This document shows, in pieces, positions 1-8,517 of a stretch of 22,981 nucleotides of DNA (position 1 is the stretch's first letter; each line of letters starts with the position of its first letter). Both the position numbers and the translations under genes were made by a program. The notes beneath the pieces are model-generated. The model saw only the letters and a list, made by a program, of their open reading frames with translations. It had not been told where the DNA came from and searched no databases. This stretch comes from Candidatus Krumholzibacteriia bacterium (lineage in GTDB: Bacteria; Krumholzibacteriota; Krumholzibacteriia; LZORAL124-64-63): contig JAWOID010000024.1 of the NCBI GenBank assembly GCA_046484865.1, positions 1-22,981 of the forward strand, read 5' to 3'.

Positions 1-396
1 TGGTCGACTCCCTCGAAAAGGGGGGTACCCCAGGTAAGGGGGAGTGTGAGAAGATTGCTCACAGAGGCTCCCAGGAGGTCGGTCCATTGGACCCAGCTCC
101 AGGAAGCCCAGAAACAGGCGCTCGGAGGGGCTCAGAGGCCCCGTGAGCAGATGGCCAATTACTGATCACCGGACATATGGCCTAATAGCAAGTGAGGTTT
201 CTTCACCTTCGGGGCTGCGCAAGAACAATGCAGCCGCGATATTGAGGTTCGATGCGGATGACTGGCCGCCGCCCTGCACCCCCAGGAAACCAGTCTATTT
301 AGCGCCTGTATGTCGGGGGTGTCTGGCGCTATATTCAGTCCGTTGTCCAGCAGGAGGCATCGGCCTCCCGTCCACCGCGCAGAGAGGAAGCGTCCC

Positions 397-2838
397 ATGC
401 AGAGAAGCGGAATCCTGGCGGCCCTGGCGGTCGCATGCGTCCTGGCCGCCGGCACGGCGGCCGCGAACGGTCTTCACGTCGACGCGCGGCTGCCCGGCCC
501 GGTGCCGGTGCCCGCACATCCCGATCTGATCGAGCGGCTCGGGCGGGCCGAGGTATCGAGGCTGCACGAGACGGCTCTGGGGGTGAGCTCGGACAAGGAC
601 GCCACCGGCCGCTTCGACCTGCGGCACGATCCCCGGATGCGCCTGGACAAGTCCACCGGCGCCAAGGCCCTGGGCACGGGCAGCTGCCTGGTCATCCTCT
701 GGCAGTTCACCGATCATCCGGCCGACGAGGTGAACCACTCCGGCGCCGATTTCCAGGTGATGCTGTTCTCGGTGGACACCCATCCCACCGGGAGCATGAA
801 CGACTTCTTCCGCGAGGCGAGCTACGGCCAGTTCTCCGTGGAGGGCGTGGTCGAGGGCTGGCACACCGCCGCGAACACGTACGCGTCCTACGCCAATCCC
901 GACGGGTCGCAGGATCCGTACACCGCCCGCGAGATGATCATCGACGCCATCGCCCTGCTGGACCCGATCGTCGACTTCTCCCAGTACGACAACGACGGTC
1001 CCGACGGCATTCCGAACAGCGGCGACGACGATGGCGACATCGACGCCCTCTTCTTCGTCCACGCCGGTCCGGGGCAGGAGAGCACCGGCGATCCGGAAGA
1101 CATCTGGTCGCACGCCTGGTCGTTCTGGAACCGGCTCCAGACCAACGACGGCGTGGCGGTCTATCGTTACTCCGTGGAGCCGGAGGCGGACCCGGCGGGC
1201 AACATGATGACCATCGGCGTCTTCGCCCACGAGTACGGGCACGTGCTCGGACTGCCGGACCTCTACGACACCGATTATTCCAGCAACGGCATCGGCGAGT
1301 GGGGCCTCATGTCGGGCGGCAGCTGGAACAACCGCGCGGGCGATCTGGCCGGCAGCAGCCCGGCCCACCCCACCGCCTGGAGCAAGGCGAAGCTCGGGTG
1401 GATCTCGCCGGTGGAGATCACGACCACCACCACCGGCGTCAGCATCCCGCCGGCGGACGAGAACGCCGTCGCTTACAAGGTGTTCCGCGGCGGCGACACC
1501 TCGGGCGGCGAGTACTTCCTGCTCGAGACCCGTCGGGCCGCCGGATTCGACGCCGGCCTCACGCGCCGGCAGGTGGTGTACGGCCTGCCGCAGCCCGAGG
1601 GCCTGATGGTCTACCACGTGGACGACAACGTGAGCGGCAACTCCAGCGACAAGCATCGGCTGGTCGACGTGGTGGAGGCGAGCCCCTGGTACAGCGACAC
1701 GCAAGGCTGGTACGAACAGCTGGACCTGCCGCGCGATCCCGCGGGCAGTCTCAACCTGAAGCGCGCCAACCGCGGCGACAATGGCGACGTCTGGCCCGGG
1801 TTCACGGCGTTCACCGCCGACAGCACCGACTGGGTGCTGCCCCGCGATCGCGACCGCTTCGCCGACGACACGGTGCCCTCGGCCGAGGGCTTCGATTGCG
1901 ATCCCTCCGGGGTGGTGCTGGAGAACATCGCGCTGGATGTCGGCGGGGTGATGCTCGACATCGTGGTGAACACGCCGGTGGTGAACATCCAGGTGGCGGC
2001 CGCGGGCAACTTCACCTGGGACTTCGAGACCGACGACGCGGGCTGGCGGTACTGCAACAGCTACGTGCACCGGGATGCCACCCAGAGCGGCAGCTGCGGC
2101 GGCTCCGGCGGTCTGTGGTTCGGCGTGAACGACCCCGGCTACGTCTGCCCCCCGGGCTACGGGAATTCCTGGGACGACTTCACCTGGACGACCATCGCCG
2201 TGGGGGTGGCCTCGTCGCCGAGCATCACGCTCGTGCATCGCTACGAAACGGAGGTCGCGTACGACTACTGCTGGGTGGAGGTGCGGCCGGCCGGGGCGCT
2301 GGACCAGCCGTGGACCGTCCTCGACACCTACGACGGCACCAGCGGCTGCACCACCAGCGTGCTGCCGATCCCGGCGGCCGTCCTGCAGGCCGCCGACGTC
2401 GACCTGGACGGGGTGGCCGAGGTGGACCTGCGGCTCCGCCTGACCAGCGATACCGGCTGGTCGGCCGAGGACGGCAGCTACTGCGGCATCGGCTGGTGGG
2501 TGGACGAGGTCACGATCCAGGGCGCCCTGCCCACCCCGGCCACGCAGCCGCCGCTGGCGATCGCGCGGCTGATGCCGCCGGCGCCGAATCCATTCAACCC
2601 GGCGACGGTGCTGCGTTTCCACATTCCCGGCGGCGCCGCCGACGTGAACCTGGTCATCTATGACGCTGCCGGCCGCCAGGTCCGCACGCTCGCGGTGGAC
2701 GCGGCGGTCGCGGGCTGGCAGGAGAGCCGGTGGGATGGCCGCAACGACCGGGGCCAGCCCCTCGGCAGCGGCCTCTATTTTGCGCGCCTGAACGTGGACG
2801 GCGACACGCAGATCCAGAAGCTGGCGCTGGTGAAATGA
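397..2838 (+). CDS. Secreted M6-family (immune inhibitor A-like) zinc metalloprotease with a MAM-like/beta-sandwich domain and a C-terminal FlgD-Ig / T9SS-type sorting domain
   Basis: ATG397 follows AGAGAGGAAG and opens a signal peptide (MQRSGILAALAVACVLAAGTAAA), so I prefer it to the ORF-track start at 310. M6 motifs: GSMNDFFREASYG, VDFSQYDNDG..DG.ID, VHAGPGQE, IWSH, zinc motif HEYGHVLGLPDLY, Met-turn WGLMSGGSW, EYFLLE.R. The C-terminus APNPFNP...IYDAAGRQVRTL...WDGRNDRG..LGSGLYFARL...KLALVK is the FlgD-Ig/CTD pattern. Confidence 0.93.
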   Translation: MQRSGILAALAVACVLAAGTAAANGLHVDARLPGPVPVPAHPDLIERLGRAEVSRLHETALGVSSDKDATGRFDLRHDPRMRLDKSTGAKALGTGSCLVILWQFTDHPADEVNHSGADFQVMLFSVDTHPTGSMNDFFREASYGQFSVEGVVEGWHTAANTYASYANPDGSQDPYTAREMIIDAIALLDPIVDFSQYDNDGPDGIPNSGDDDGDIDALFFVHAGPGQESTGDPEDIWSHAWSFWNRLQTNDGVAVYRYSVEPEADPAGNMMTIGVFAHEYGHVLGLPDLYDTDYSSNGIGEWGLMSGGSWNNRAGDLAGSSPAHPTAWSKAKLGWISPVEITTTTTGVSIPPADENAVAYKVFRGGDTSGGEYFLLETRRAAGFDAGLTRRQVVYGLPQPEGLMVYHVDDNVSGNSSDKHRLVDVVEASPWYSDTQGWYEQLDLPRDPAGSLNLKRANRGDNGDVWPGFTAFTADSTDWVLPRDRDRFADDTVPSAEGFDCDPSGVVLENIALDVGGVMLDIVVNTPVVNIQVAAAGNFTWDFETDDAGWRYCNSYVHRDATQSGSCGGSGGLWFGVNDPGYVCPPGYGNSWDDFTWTTIAVGVASSPSITLVHRYETEVAYDYCWVEVRPAGALDQPWTVLDTYDGTSGCTTSVLPIPAAVLQAADVDLDGVAEVDLRLRLTSDTGWSAEDGSYCGIGWWVDEVTIQGALPTPATQPPLAIARLMPPAPNPFNPATVLRFHIPGGAADVNLVIYDAAGRQVRTLAVDAAVAGWQESRWDGRNDRGQPLGSGLYFARLNVDGDTQIQKLALVK

Positions 2839-2894
2839 CGGCCCCGCGATCGGCAGCGCGGCCGGCGGAGTGATCGGCAGAACGTTCGACCGGA

Positions 2895-2924
2895 GCGGCC
2901 CCGTCGCCGAAGTGGCGGGGCCGC
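2895..2924 (+). terminator. GC-rich stem-loop after the protease gene (possible terminator or mRNA stabiliser)
   Basis: GCGGCCCCG-TCGC-CGAA-GTGG-CGGGGCCGC gives a 13-bp stem (2 G-U pairs) and a 4-nt loop. There is no U-tract. Confidence 0.5.
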
Positions 2925-2988
2925 CGCCGTCACTCGATACCCGAACGCATCGCGCGGAACCGTCCGCGCACCGGGGGTTTCTCGTCCC

Positions 2989-3840
2989 ATGCACGCCATG
3001 CTGCTGATGCTCCTGCTTTCGGTTCCCGCGCCGGGCGTGTCCGCGCTGCAGCGGGCGCAGGACTGCAATCTCGCCCAGCCCTGGTTGATGCCGGCGGCCG
3101 CGGTCGACTCGGTGCTGGTCGCCGAGGCACGCCTCACCGAGGCGCAGCGCGCCGGCCGGTGGGCGCGCCGCTTCGCGGACGCCCCGGCCGAGTACCGCTT
3201 CGGTCTCGACCGCGGAGGCTACGCCGCCGAGGGCCTGCTCGTGCGCGACGATCGTCACGACTGCGTCAGCCTGCTCTACCGAGTGACCGAGCTGGCCCGG
3301 GCCGGCAGCGCCGCCGACGCGGTGCGGCTCGCCCTCGCCACCCGTTTCGCGGGGGCCGATCCGGAGTCGGTGGTGACGGCCGACGGTCGGGTGGACTACG
3401 ACCGTCCCGAGCACCTGGACTTCAGCCTGGACATGGTCCGGTCAGGGCACTGGGGAGCCGACGTCACCGCCAGTCTCGCCGGCGCGGTGCGCGACTCCGC
3501 CGGCAGCAGCCGGTACCCGCCCGGCAGCTTCCACTACCTGCCGGCGCTCGACGTAACGCAGGCGAATCTGCGCGAGGGGGACGTGGCGTGGCTGGTGCTC
3601 TCGCCGGCGCACCCGCAAGCGGCGGGCCTTCGCCGGGAGCACGGCCTGGTGATCGGGCACATCGGCATCCTGATCATGGAGGACGAGCGACCCTGGCTGG
3701 TGCACGCGGCCCGCAGCGGTCTGCCAGGATGGTACGAGGGCGGGCGGGTAGCGAAGGTCCCGCTCGAGGTCTACCTGGAGCGCGTGGAGAGATTCTGCGG
3801 CGTCGTGATCACGCGGCTGGGCGCGACCGCCTCCGACTGA
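2989..3840 (+). CDS. DUF1460 / NlpC-P60-fold N-acetylmuramoyl-L-alanine amidase-like protein, exported
   Basis: Hydrophobic N-terminus. Catalytic-Cys motif HDCVSLLYRVTELA and His motifs VIGHIGILI....WLVHAA match the DUF1460 (AmiA-like) pattern. Confidence 0.75.
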   Translation: MHAMLLMLLLSVPAPGVSALQRAQDCNLAQPWLMPAAAVDSVLVAEARLTEAQRAGRWARRFADAPAEYRFGLDRGGYAAEGLLVRDDRHDCVSLLYRVTELARAGSAADAVRLALATRFAGADPESVVTADGRVDYDRPEHLDFSLDMVRSGHWGADVTASLAGAVRDSAGSSRYPPGSFHYLPALDVTQANLREGDVAWLVLSPAHPQAAGLRREHGLVIGHIGILIMEDERPWLVHAARSGLPGWYEGGRVAKVPLEVYLERVERFCGVVITRLGATASD

Positions 3841-3880
3841 GCCCGCGTCGTCTCCGACGGACTCGTCGGCGTGCGGGCTC
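3839..3880. terminator. Hairpin between convergent genes, likely a bidirectional terminator
   Basis: Outer arms GAGCCCGC (3839-3846) / GCGGGCTC (3873-3880) and inner stem CCGACG-gact-CGTCGG (3854-3869) lie between the stops at 3840 (+) and 3900 (-). Confidence 0.55.
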
Positions 3881-3899
3881 CCGATCGGACACGCCACCG

Positions 3900-4148
3900 T
3901 CAACCGCGGAAGAGCCACCAGATCACGGCCAGCACCGCCAGCACTGCGAAGCCCCAGCCCGCCACGCGCCAGCCCGCCAGGCCCCGCTGCGACTGCACGC
4001 CGCGACGTTCGCGCTCGCGGTGTTCCTGCGTTTCCGAGGTGGGACCGGTCGGACCGGTCGGACCGCCGCGGTGCCGTGCCGCGGTACGGTCGTCCCGGTC
4101 CGGCTCCGGGCGGCGCTCGTCGTCCTGGCGCTGTCCGTCGGTGGCCAT
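3900..4148 (-). CDS. Small hypothetical membrane protein (82 aa) with one C-terminal TM helix
   Basis: The ATG lies 1 nt after the dodecin stop (TGA-C-ATG). A charged, disordered N-terminus with (GPT)x3 precedes GWGFAVLAVLAVIWWLF. Confidence 0.6.
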   Translation of the reverse strand: MATDGQRQDDERRPEPDRDDRTAARHRGGPTGPTGPTSETQEHRERERRGVQSQRGLAGWRVAGWGFAVLAVLAVIWWLFRG

Positions 4149-4149
4149 G

Positions 4150-4353
4150 TCAGGTTTCCACCTCGAAGGTGATCTTCGTGTCCACCCGGTACCGCTTGAT
4201 CTGGTTCGCCTCCACCGTGGCGGTGAACTCGCGCAGGTAGACGGACCGGATGTTGCGTACCGACTTCGCCGCCTCGGTGACCGCCTTCTGAGCGGCGTCC
4301 TCCCAGCCCTGCTCGGATTCGGTCATGATCTCGATGACTTTCATCGTGCCCAT
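4150..4353 (-). CDS. Dodecin family protein (67 aa)
   Basis: This is the C-terminal end of ORF 4150..6024: MGTMKVIEIMTESEQGWEDAAQKAVTEAAKSVRNIRSVYLREFTATVEANQIKRYRVDTKITFEVET. It has the KVIE..S..W.DA..AV..A..Y.V..KITF signature and a GGAGG SD upstream of ATG4353. Confidence 0.9.
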   Translation of the reverse strand: MGTMKVIEIMTESEQGWEDAAQKAVTEAAKSVRNIRSVYLREFTATVEANQIKRYRVDTKITFEVET

Positions 4354-4496
4354 ACGACGCATCCCTCCGCTGCCGGCCCGGCGCCGACCCGCCGACCGCC
4401 GGCGGACGCGCGCACGGACCGCGACCGAGATTCCCTGCCACACCGTAGGGACGGCGCAGCGGAACCGCAGGGCAGGGAGCGGCACAGCGGTCGAAA

Positions 4497-5870
4497 TCAG
4501 GGGGAGCCCGAGCCGCGACGGGCGGTACCGGTAGGCGAGGGCGGTCCGAGCGAGAGCTCCGGGTCCTCGGCGGGGCGCGCCGGCCTCGGTTGAACTCGCG
4601 GCCCGGCCGGACGCGGAGAGCCGCCTGCGGGTGCCGGCCCGGCGACCATCGCGCCCTGCAGCTGGAGGGCCGTCTCGCAGCGTCTCCATCGAGCCACGAC
4701 CTCGGTGCGGAGGCTGGCCGCCCGATCGGGTCTGCCGAGCGCGTCGTGGAGCGCTGCCACCTCGAGGACATAGCGAGGCTCCGATGGATCCAGCGCCGCG
4801 GCTGCTCGCTCGAGCTGCAGCGGGATCACCGCGAGCTCGGCATCGCGCAGGGAGACCGCGAAGGCGTCGAGTTGGCGGGCCACCCGGTCGGCGTCGAAGA
4901 GGATGAAAAACGCCGCGAGCGCCGCCAGCAGCGCCATGTGCAGACGGTCGCCGACGGCCAGCCGCCGCAAGGCCGGCTGTCCGGCGGCCAGGCGGGCACC
5001 GCCGAGCGCGAGGACCACGCTCACGAAGGCGCCGGCTGCGATCATTGCCGCCGAGACGAGGATGACCCACTCCAGCCCCCGCATCGGCTCGGCCCCCGCG
5101 GCGGCGCGGACCGTCCACCACCAGGCCGCGTGAATGCCCGCCAGGATCGCGATGGCGGCGGTGCCGGCGGTCGCCAGGGCCGCGGCGGCGCGGCGCGGGA
5201 ATCCGGCCAGGTAGAGGCCGAGACCCGGGACCAGGAAGCCGATCGCACCCAGCACCAGGGGGCGTCGCAGGCGCCAGCTGACCCGCCGCCGCACGTCGCG
5301 CCCGTAACGGCCGGCCAGGGCGAGTGACCGGGTCCACAGGACCAGATCGGTGGCGAGCAGCGCCAGCGCCAGGATGGCGCGGGCCAAGATCGCTCCGTCG
5401 CCACCGCCGGCGAGCTGCAGCGCCCGCGACCAGCCCCAGGCCAGGGCAGCGGTGCCCAGGCTCGACACCAGAGCGGCGGCGATCCATCGCCGGCCGCGGC
5501 GGCCCTCCGGCATCAGCAGCAGGCCCAGGGGACCGAGCAGATAGATCAGGACCAGGAGCAGGTCCGGCCGGCGAGGCCAGGGGCGGGCGGGACGGGCTGC
5601 GGGCGAACCGAATGCGGCGCGGGCGGCAGCGGCCGCGTGGGCGGGCGACTGCCGGTGTGACGGCAGCGCGACGGCGGCCCGGCGCAGCGACGGCGCCTGC
5701 CGCCCGGTCGGCGGGGCGCCTGGATCCGATCGCGGCGCCGCCCGACCGGCACTCGCCCTGGGACGGTCGGCCGGTGCCGCAGGCCTGGATCCGGCACGGT
5801 CCGACCTCGCACTTTGCGGGGTGTCCGGGTCGCCGAGCTCGATGATCCAGAGTCGATCGGAGTCGTTCAC
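4497..5870 (-). CDS. Hypothetical polytopic membrane protein with a Pro/Ala/Arg-rich N-terminal linker and a C-terminal TPR-like repeat
   Basis: GTG5870 follows GGGGAGGG (SD) and lies downstream of a sigma54 site. About 7 hydrophobic segments, including FLVPGLGLYLAG. TPR-like LERAAAALDPSEPRYVLEVAALHDALGRPDRA. Confidence 0.65.
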   Translation of the reverse strand: MNDSDRLWIIELGDPDTPQSARSDRAGSRPAAPADRPRASAGRAAPRSDPGAPPTGRQAPSLRRAAVALPSHRQSPAHAAAAARAAFGSPAARPARPWPRRPDLLLVLIYLLGPLGLLLMPEGRRGRRWIAAALVSSLGTAALAWGWSRALQLAGGGDGAILARAILALALLATDLVLWTRSLALAGRYGRDVRRRVSWRLRRPLVLGAIGFLVPGLGLYLAGFPRRAAAALATAGTAAIAILAGIHAAWWWTVRAAAGAEPMRGLEWVILVSAAMIAAGAFVSVVLALGGARLAAGQPALRRLAVGDRLHMALLAALAAFFILFDADRVARQLDAFAVSLRDAELAVIPLQLERAAAALDPSEPRYVLEVAALHDALGRPDRAASLRTEVVARWRRCETALQLQGAMVAGPAPAGGSPRPAGPRVQPRPARPAEDPELSLGPPSPTGTARRGSGSP

Positions 5871-5959
5871 CGGTTCCCTCCCGTTCCGCATGATCGCGGG
5901 ACGCTGCCGGGGAGGGCGCATGAGGGGTCGAGATGCCACACGCCCGTGGTCGGAAACCG

Positions 5960-5974
5960 GCAAGGCGCGTGCCA
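5960..5974 (-). promoter_or_regulatory. Sigma54 (RpoN) -24/-12 promoter
   Basis: The minus strand reads TGGCACG-CGCC-TTGC, an exact match to TGGCACG-N4-TTGC. It is intergenic, correctly oriented and about 90 nt upstream of GTG5870. Confidence 0.75.
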
Positions 5975-6024
5975 CGACCGGCCGCCACCGCTGCGGGGGC
6001 GCCCGGGAGCGCTGGAAGCGTCAT

Positions 6025-7647
6025 TCAGCGCGAAGAAGGCGGGCTGACCGTGACCGAGATCGTCGCCAGGACTGTGTCCGCGGGAGCATCGCCGGCGGCG
6101 GCGCTGATCGCGCGTGCGTGCAGGTCGACCGCCACATCCTCCACCGTCGCCGGCACGTTCCAGAGGTAGGCCCACTCGGCCGTACCGGCGGCCGCCTGCC
6201 AGTCACCGGTGTCGCCGATCGCCACGTCGACGCGCTCCAGCGCCCCGCCGTCGAGGGCCGGGCGGGCCCGACCGCGCACCTGCAACGCCGTTCCGCCCGG
6301 GATCACGGCTCCCTCGGCAGGCGCGAGGATGAGCACCTCGAGGGGCTGTCCCACCTGCACGAAGGACGCGGTGAGGGTGCTCGATCGGGTCCAGTCGTTG
6401 CGGAACTGCCCGTACAGCACCCGCGTGCCCGCCACGGTGCCGACGTCCACGCGGTGGGTGTCGGCGTAGGCCACCCAGGGCGCGTCGAGGAGATCGGGCC
6501 GGGTGGCGAAGCGCATGTGCGTGGCCACCGCGCTGGAGACCACCGTTGCCAGCGAATCCGACAGCACGCCGTGCTCGTCCAGACCAGCGAGCGCGAACCC
6601 GGCGCCGGCGAGATCGTCCGGCGTGACGCTGGCCGTGGCGATCTCGGTGAAGCCGAAATCGGTCTCGTACTCGGCGTGGACCGTCTGCGGCTCGAGCACC
6701 GGAGCGAGGGCGAACCCCGGCCGCACCGGTGCCGGCGCTTCCCAGACGGCGTCCGCCAGACCCTCCTCCGAGAGGGCGAACCGCACCCGCGCCACGCCGG
6801 CGGTCGTCACCTCGAGGTCCACCTCGCGCCGGGCCACGGTGGCCGGCGCGCCGGCGACGGCCAGCGTGGGCGTGAAGTTCACCACCAGCTCGCGCATGAC
6901 GGTGGGCGATGCCACGCCGGCGTCGATCACCTGCAGGTACACCCGGACGGTATCGCGCTCGCCGGCCGCGCCCAGATCCCAGGGAATGGTATCCCGCTCG
7001 CCCGGCCGCGCCTCGCGTTCCAGCAGGTCCGGGCTGTCGAAGCCCGCGCTGCGGTCGATCCGTAGCGTGTCACCCCGGCTGGTCTCCACCACCAGTTCCA
7101 CGTCGCGCTGCCCCGTCTGGGTGCCGCCGCCGGCGAGCCCCAGGTGCGGCGGAACCTCGACGGGCACCGGCACCAGCGCCGACTGCAGCATCCGCTGGCC
7201 GTCGGCCGTGCGGCCGGTGACCAGGTACCAGTTGACCGCATGGCGCTCCGGACTGGTGTGATTGAAGGTGACGGTGCTGCCGGAGGCCGGCCGCTGCACC
7301 GAGTCGACGAAGGCCAGCGAAGCTTCCGGATCCGTGCCGCTCCTCACCGCGTAGGCGGTGATGCCGTGGCCGGCGGGGTGGTTCCAGAGCAGCGTGACGG
7401 CCCCCGTGCTCCGGTTGTAGGAACTGCGCAGGTCCAGGGGGTTGCCGTCGTAGCCGGGTGCGTCCGGGTCGAAGGGGTTGGTGAATCGCGGCGCGGTGGG
7501 CGACTCCGAGCATGCCGCCGCCAGCAGCGCGGTCAGCACGAGCGTCGCGGCCAGGCTCCAGCGCCGGTTGCCGCGCTCGCGGGCAGGACACGACGGCGCC
7601 CGGCGACGCGTGGCGGCGGCGGTGGGGATGTGGCGCGGCTTCGGCAA
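6025..7647 (-). CDS. Lipoprotein with Fn3-like and tandem Ig-like domains
   Basis: TTG start with GAGGAG SD. Lipobox LLAAA-C (Cys46) followed by PRFTNPFDPD. Fn3-like segment (VTLLWNHP...YAVR...NWYLVTG). Repeated T..R.V.L.V / .RFA....W modules. C-terminal bacterial Ig-like domain (ILAPAEGAVI...VRGRA...WAYLWNVP). Confidence 0.75.
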   Translation of the reverse strand: MPKPRHIPTAAATRRRAPSCPARERGNRRWSLAATLVLTALLAAACSESPTAPRFTNPFDPDAPGYDGNPLDLRSSYNRSTGAVTLLWNHPAGHGITAYAVRSGTDPEASLAFVDSVQRPASGSTVTFNHTSPERHAVNWYLVTGRTADGQRMLQSALVPVPVEVPPHLGLAGGGTQTGQRDVELVVETSRGDTLRIDRSAGFDSPDLLEREARPGERDTIPWDLGAAGERDTVRVYLQVIDAGVASPTVMRELVVNFTPTLAVAGAPATVARREVDLEVTTAGVARVRFALSEEGLADAVWEAPAPVRPGFALAPVLEPQTVHAEYETDFGFTEIATASVTPDDLAGAGFALAGLDEHGVLSDSLATVVSSAVATHMRFATRPDLLDAPWVAYADTHRVDVGTVAGTRVLYGQFRNDWTRSSTLTASFVQVGQPLEVLILAPAEGAVIPGGTALQVRGRARPALDGGALERVDVAIGDTGDWQAAAGTAEWAYLWNVPATVEDVAVDLHARAISAAAGDAPADTVLATISVTVSPPSSR

Positions 7648-7668
7648 GGTCGTCTCCTCGGGGTGCGG

Positions 7669-8445
7669 TCACCAGCCCAGCGTCACCTGCAAACCGATGC
7701 CCCCCTCGGCCGGGGTGATCAGGGCGACGCCGCCCGGCTCCGGGGCGGGAGGCACCGCCTGCGGCGCATCGCCGCCGTCCGGGAAGAACAGTAGCGCATC
7801 CAGCATGCTCACCACGACGGCCCCGGCCGCCACCGCCAGTCCCAGGTCGCGCCGGTCCTCGGCGTCCTGCAGGTCGCGATACGCGACGCCGGATTCCGCC
7901 CGCAGGCGAGCGATCTCGTCGGCGTCCACCGCCGACTCGTAGGCGCTCTGGAGCAGGAGATAGTCGTCGCGGTGGTTGCGTCGCGCCATCTCGCCCGCCA
8001 GGGCCGCCACCAGCCCGCCGATCTCCACGACGTTGTACGCGTAGCCTCTCGTGCGTGCGCCGAGATAATGCTGGCCGAGACCCGCGAGCAGCAGGTTGCT
8101 CGTCACTGCGGCGGTACGCGACAGAGGCGTCAGACGCACCCGCAGGTGGATCACCTGATCCGTGGCGAGCACTCGCACGCTCTCGCGGAAGGGGCGGTGG
8201 CCCGGCAGCGTCGCCTCCAGCCGGTAGCGACCGGGCGGCAGGGGCACCGGCCGGTCCAGGGGCAGGATGCCCAGGTCCTGCCCGTCCAGGGTCAGGCGCG
8301 CCAGCGGCGGGCCCTGGATGTCCACCAGCGCCGCGGCCCCGGCCGCGCACGGCAACGCGCCCAGCAGACCGGCGCAGACGGCCGCGACGACGATCCGCCG
8401 TCGGCCCCCGGGGCGGACGAGTGCGAAAAGAGGCGCGAGGATCAT
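7669..8445 (-). CDS. PEGA-domain protein with a helical hairpin and a C-terminal beta-strand ending in Trp (possible outer-membrane protein)
   Basis: Signal-peptide-like N-terminus. PEGA pattern (GPPLARLTLDGQDLGILPL...LPPGRYRLEATLPGHRPFRESVRV). LLAGLGQHYLG motif, two hydrophobic helices and terminal GIGLQVTLGW. Start placed at ATG8445 because a TATAAT lies at 8518-8523; GTG8556 is an alternative. Confidence 0.75.
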   Translation of the reverse strand: MILAPLFALVRPGGRRRIVVAAVCAGLLGALPCAAGAAALVDIQGPPLARLTLDGQDLGILPLDRPVPLPPGRYRLEATLPGHRPFRESVRVLATDQVIHLRVRLTPLSRTAAVTSNLLLAGLGQHYLGARTRGYAYNVVEIGGLVAALAGEMARRNHRDDYLLLQSAYESAVDADEIARLRAESGVAYRDLQDAEDRRDLGLAVAAGAVVVSMLDALLFFPDGGDAPQAVPPAPEPGGVALITPAEGGIGLQVTLGW

Positions 8446-8517
8446 GGAACCAGACCTGCCGTGACGTGCTGGGCCGGCCAGCCGGACCGGGCGGGGGGTG
8501 GTGGGCGACGGCGTTGA

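Noticed and set aside
45..63. CRP/FNR site (TGTGA...TCACA)
   Set aside because: The spacer is 9 nt instead of 6, so I kept it only as an unassigned palindrome.
295..3414. 1039-aa antisense ORF, and similar ones at 14331..16829, 17153..19876 and 20482..22830
   Set aside because: These are shadow ORFs opposite well-supported genes. High GC3 codon bias removes antisense stops, and the translations have no recognisable motifs.
4426..4440. Sigma54 site upstream of dodecin (TGGCAGGGAATCTCG, minus strand)
   Set aside because: The -12 GC is missing.
4354..6024. 624-aa ORF read as a long dodecin fusion
   Set aside because: Only the last 67 aa are dodecin and they have their own SD. The rest is an Arg/Pro/Gly-rich off-frame reading of the membrane-protein gene.
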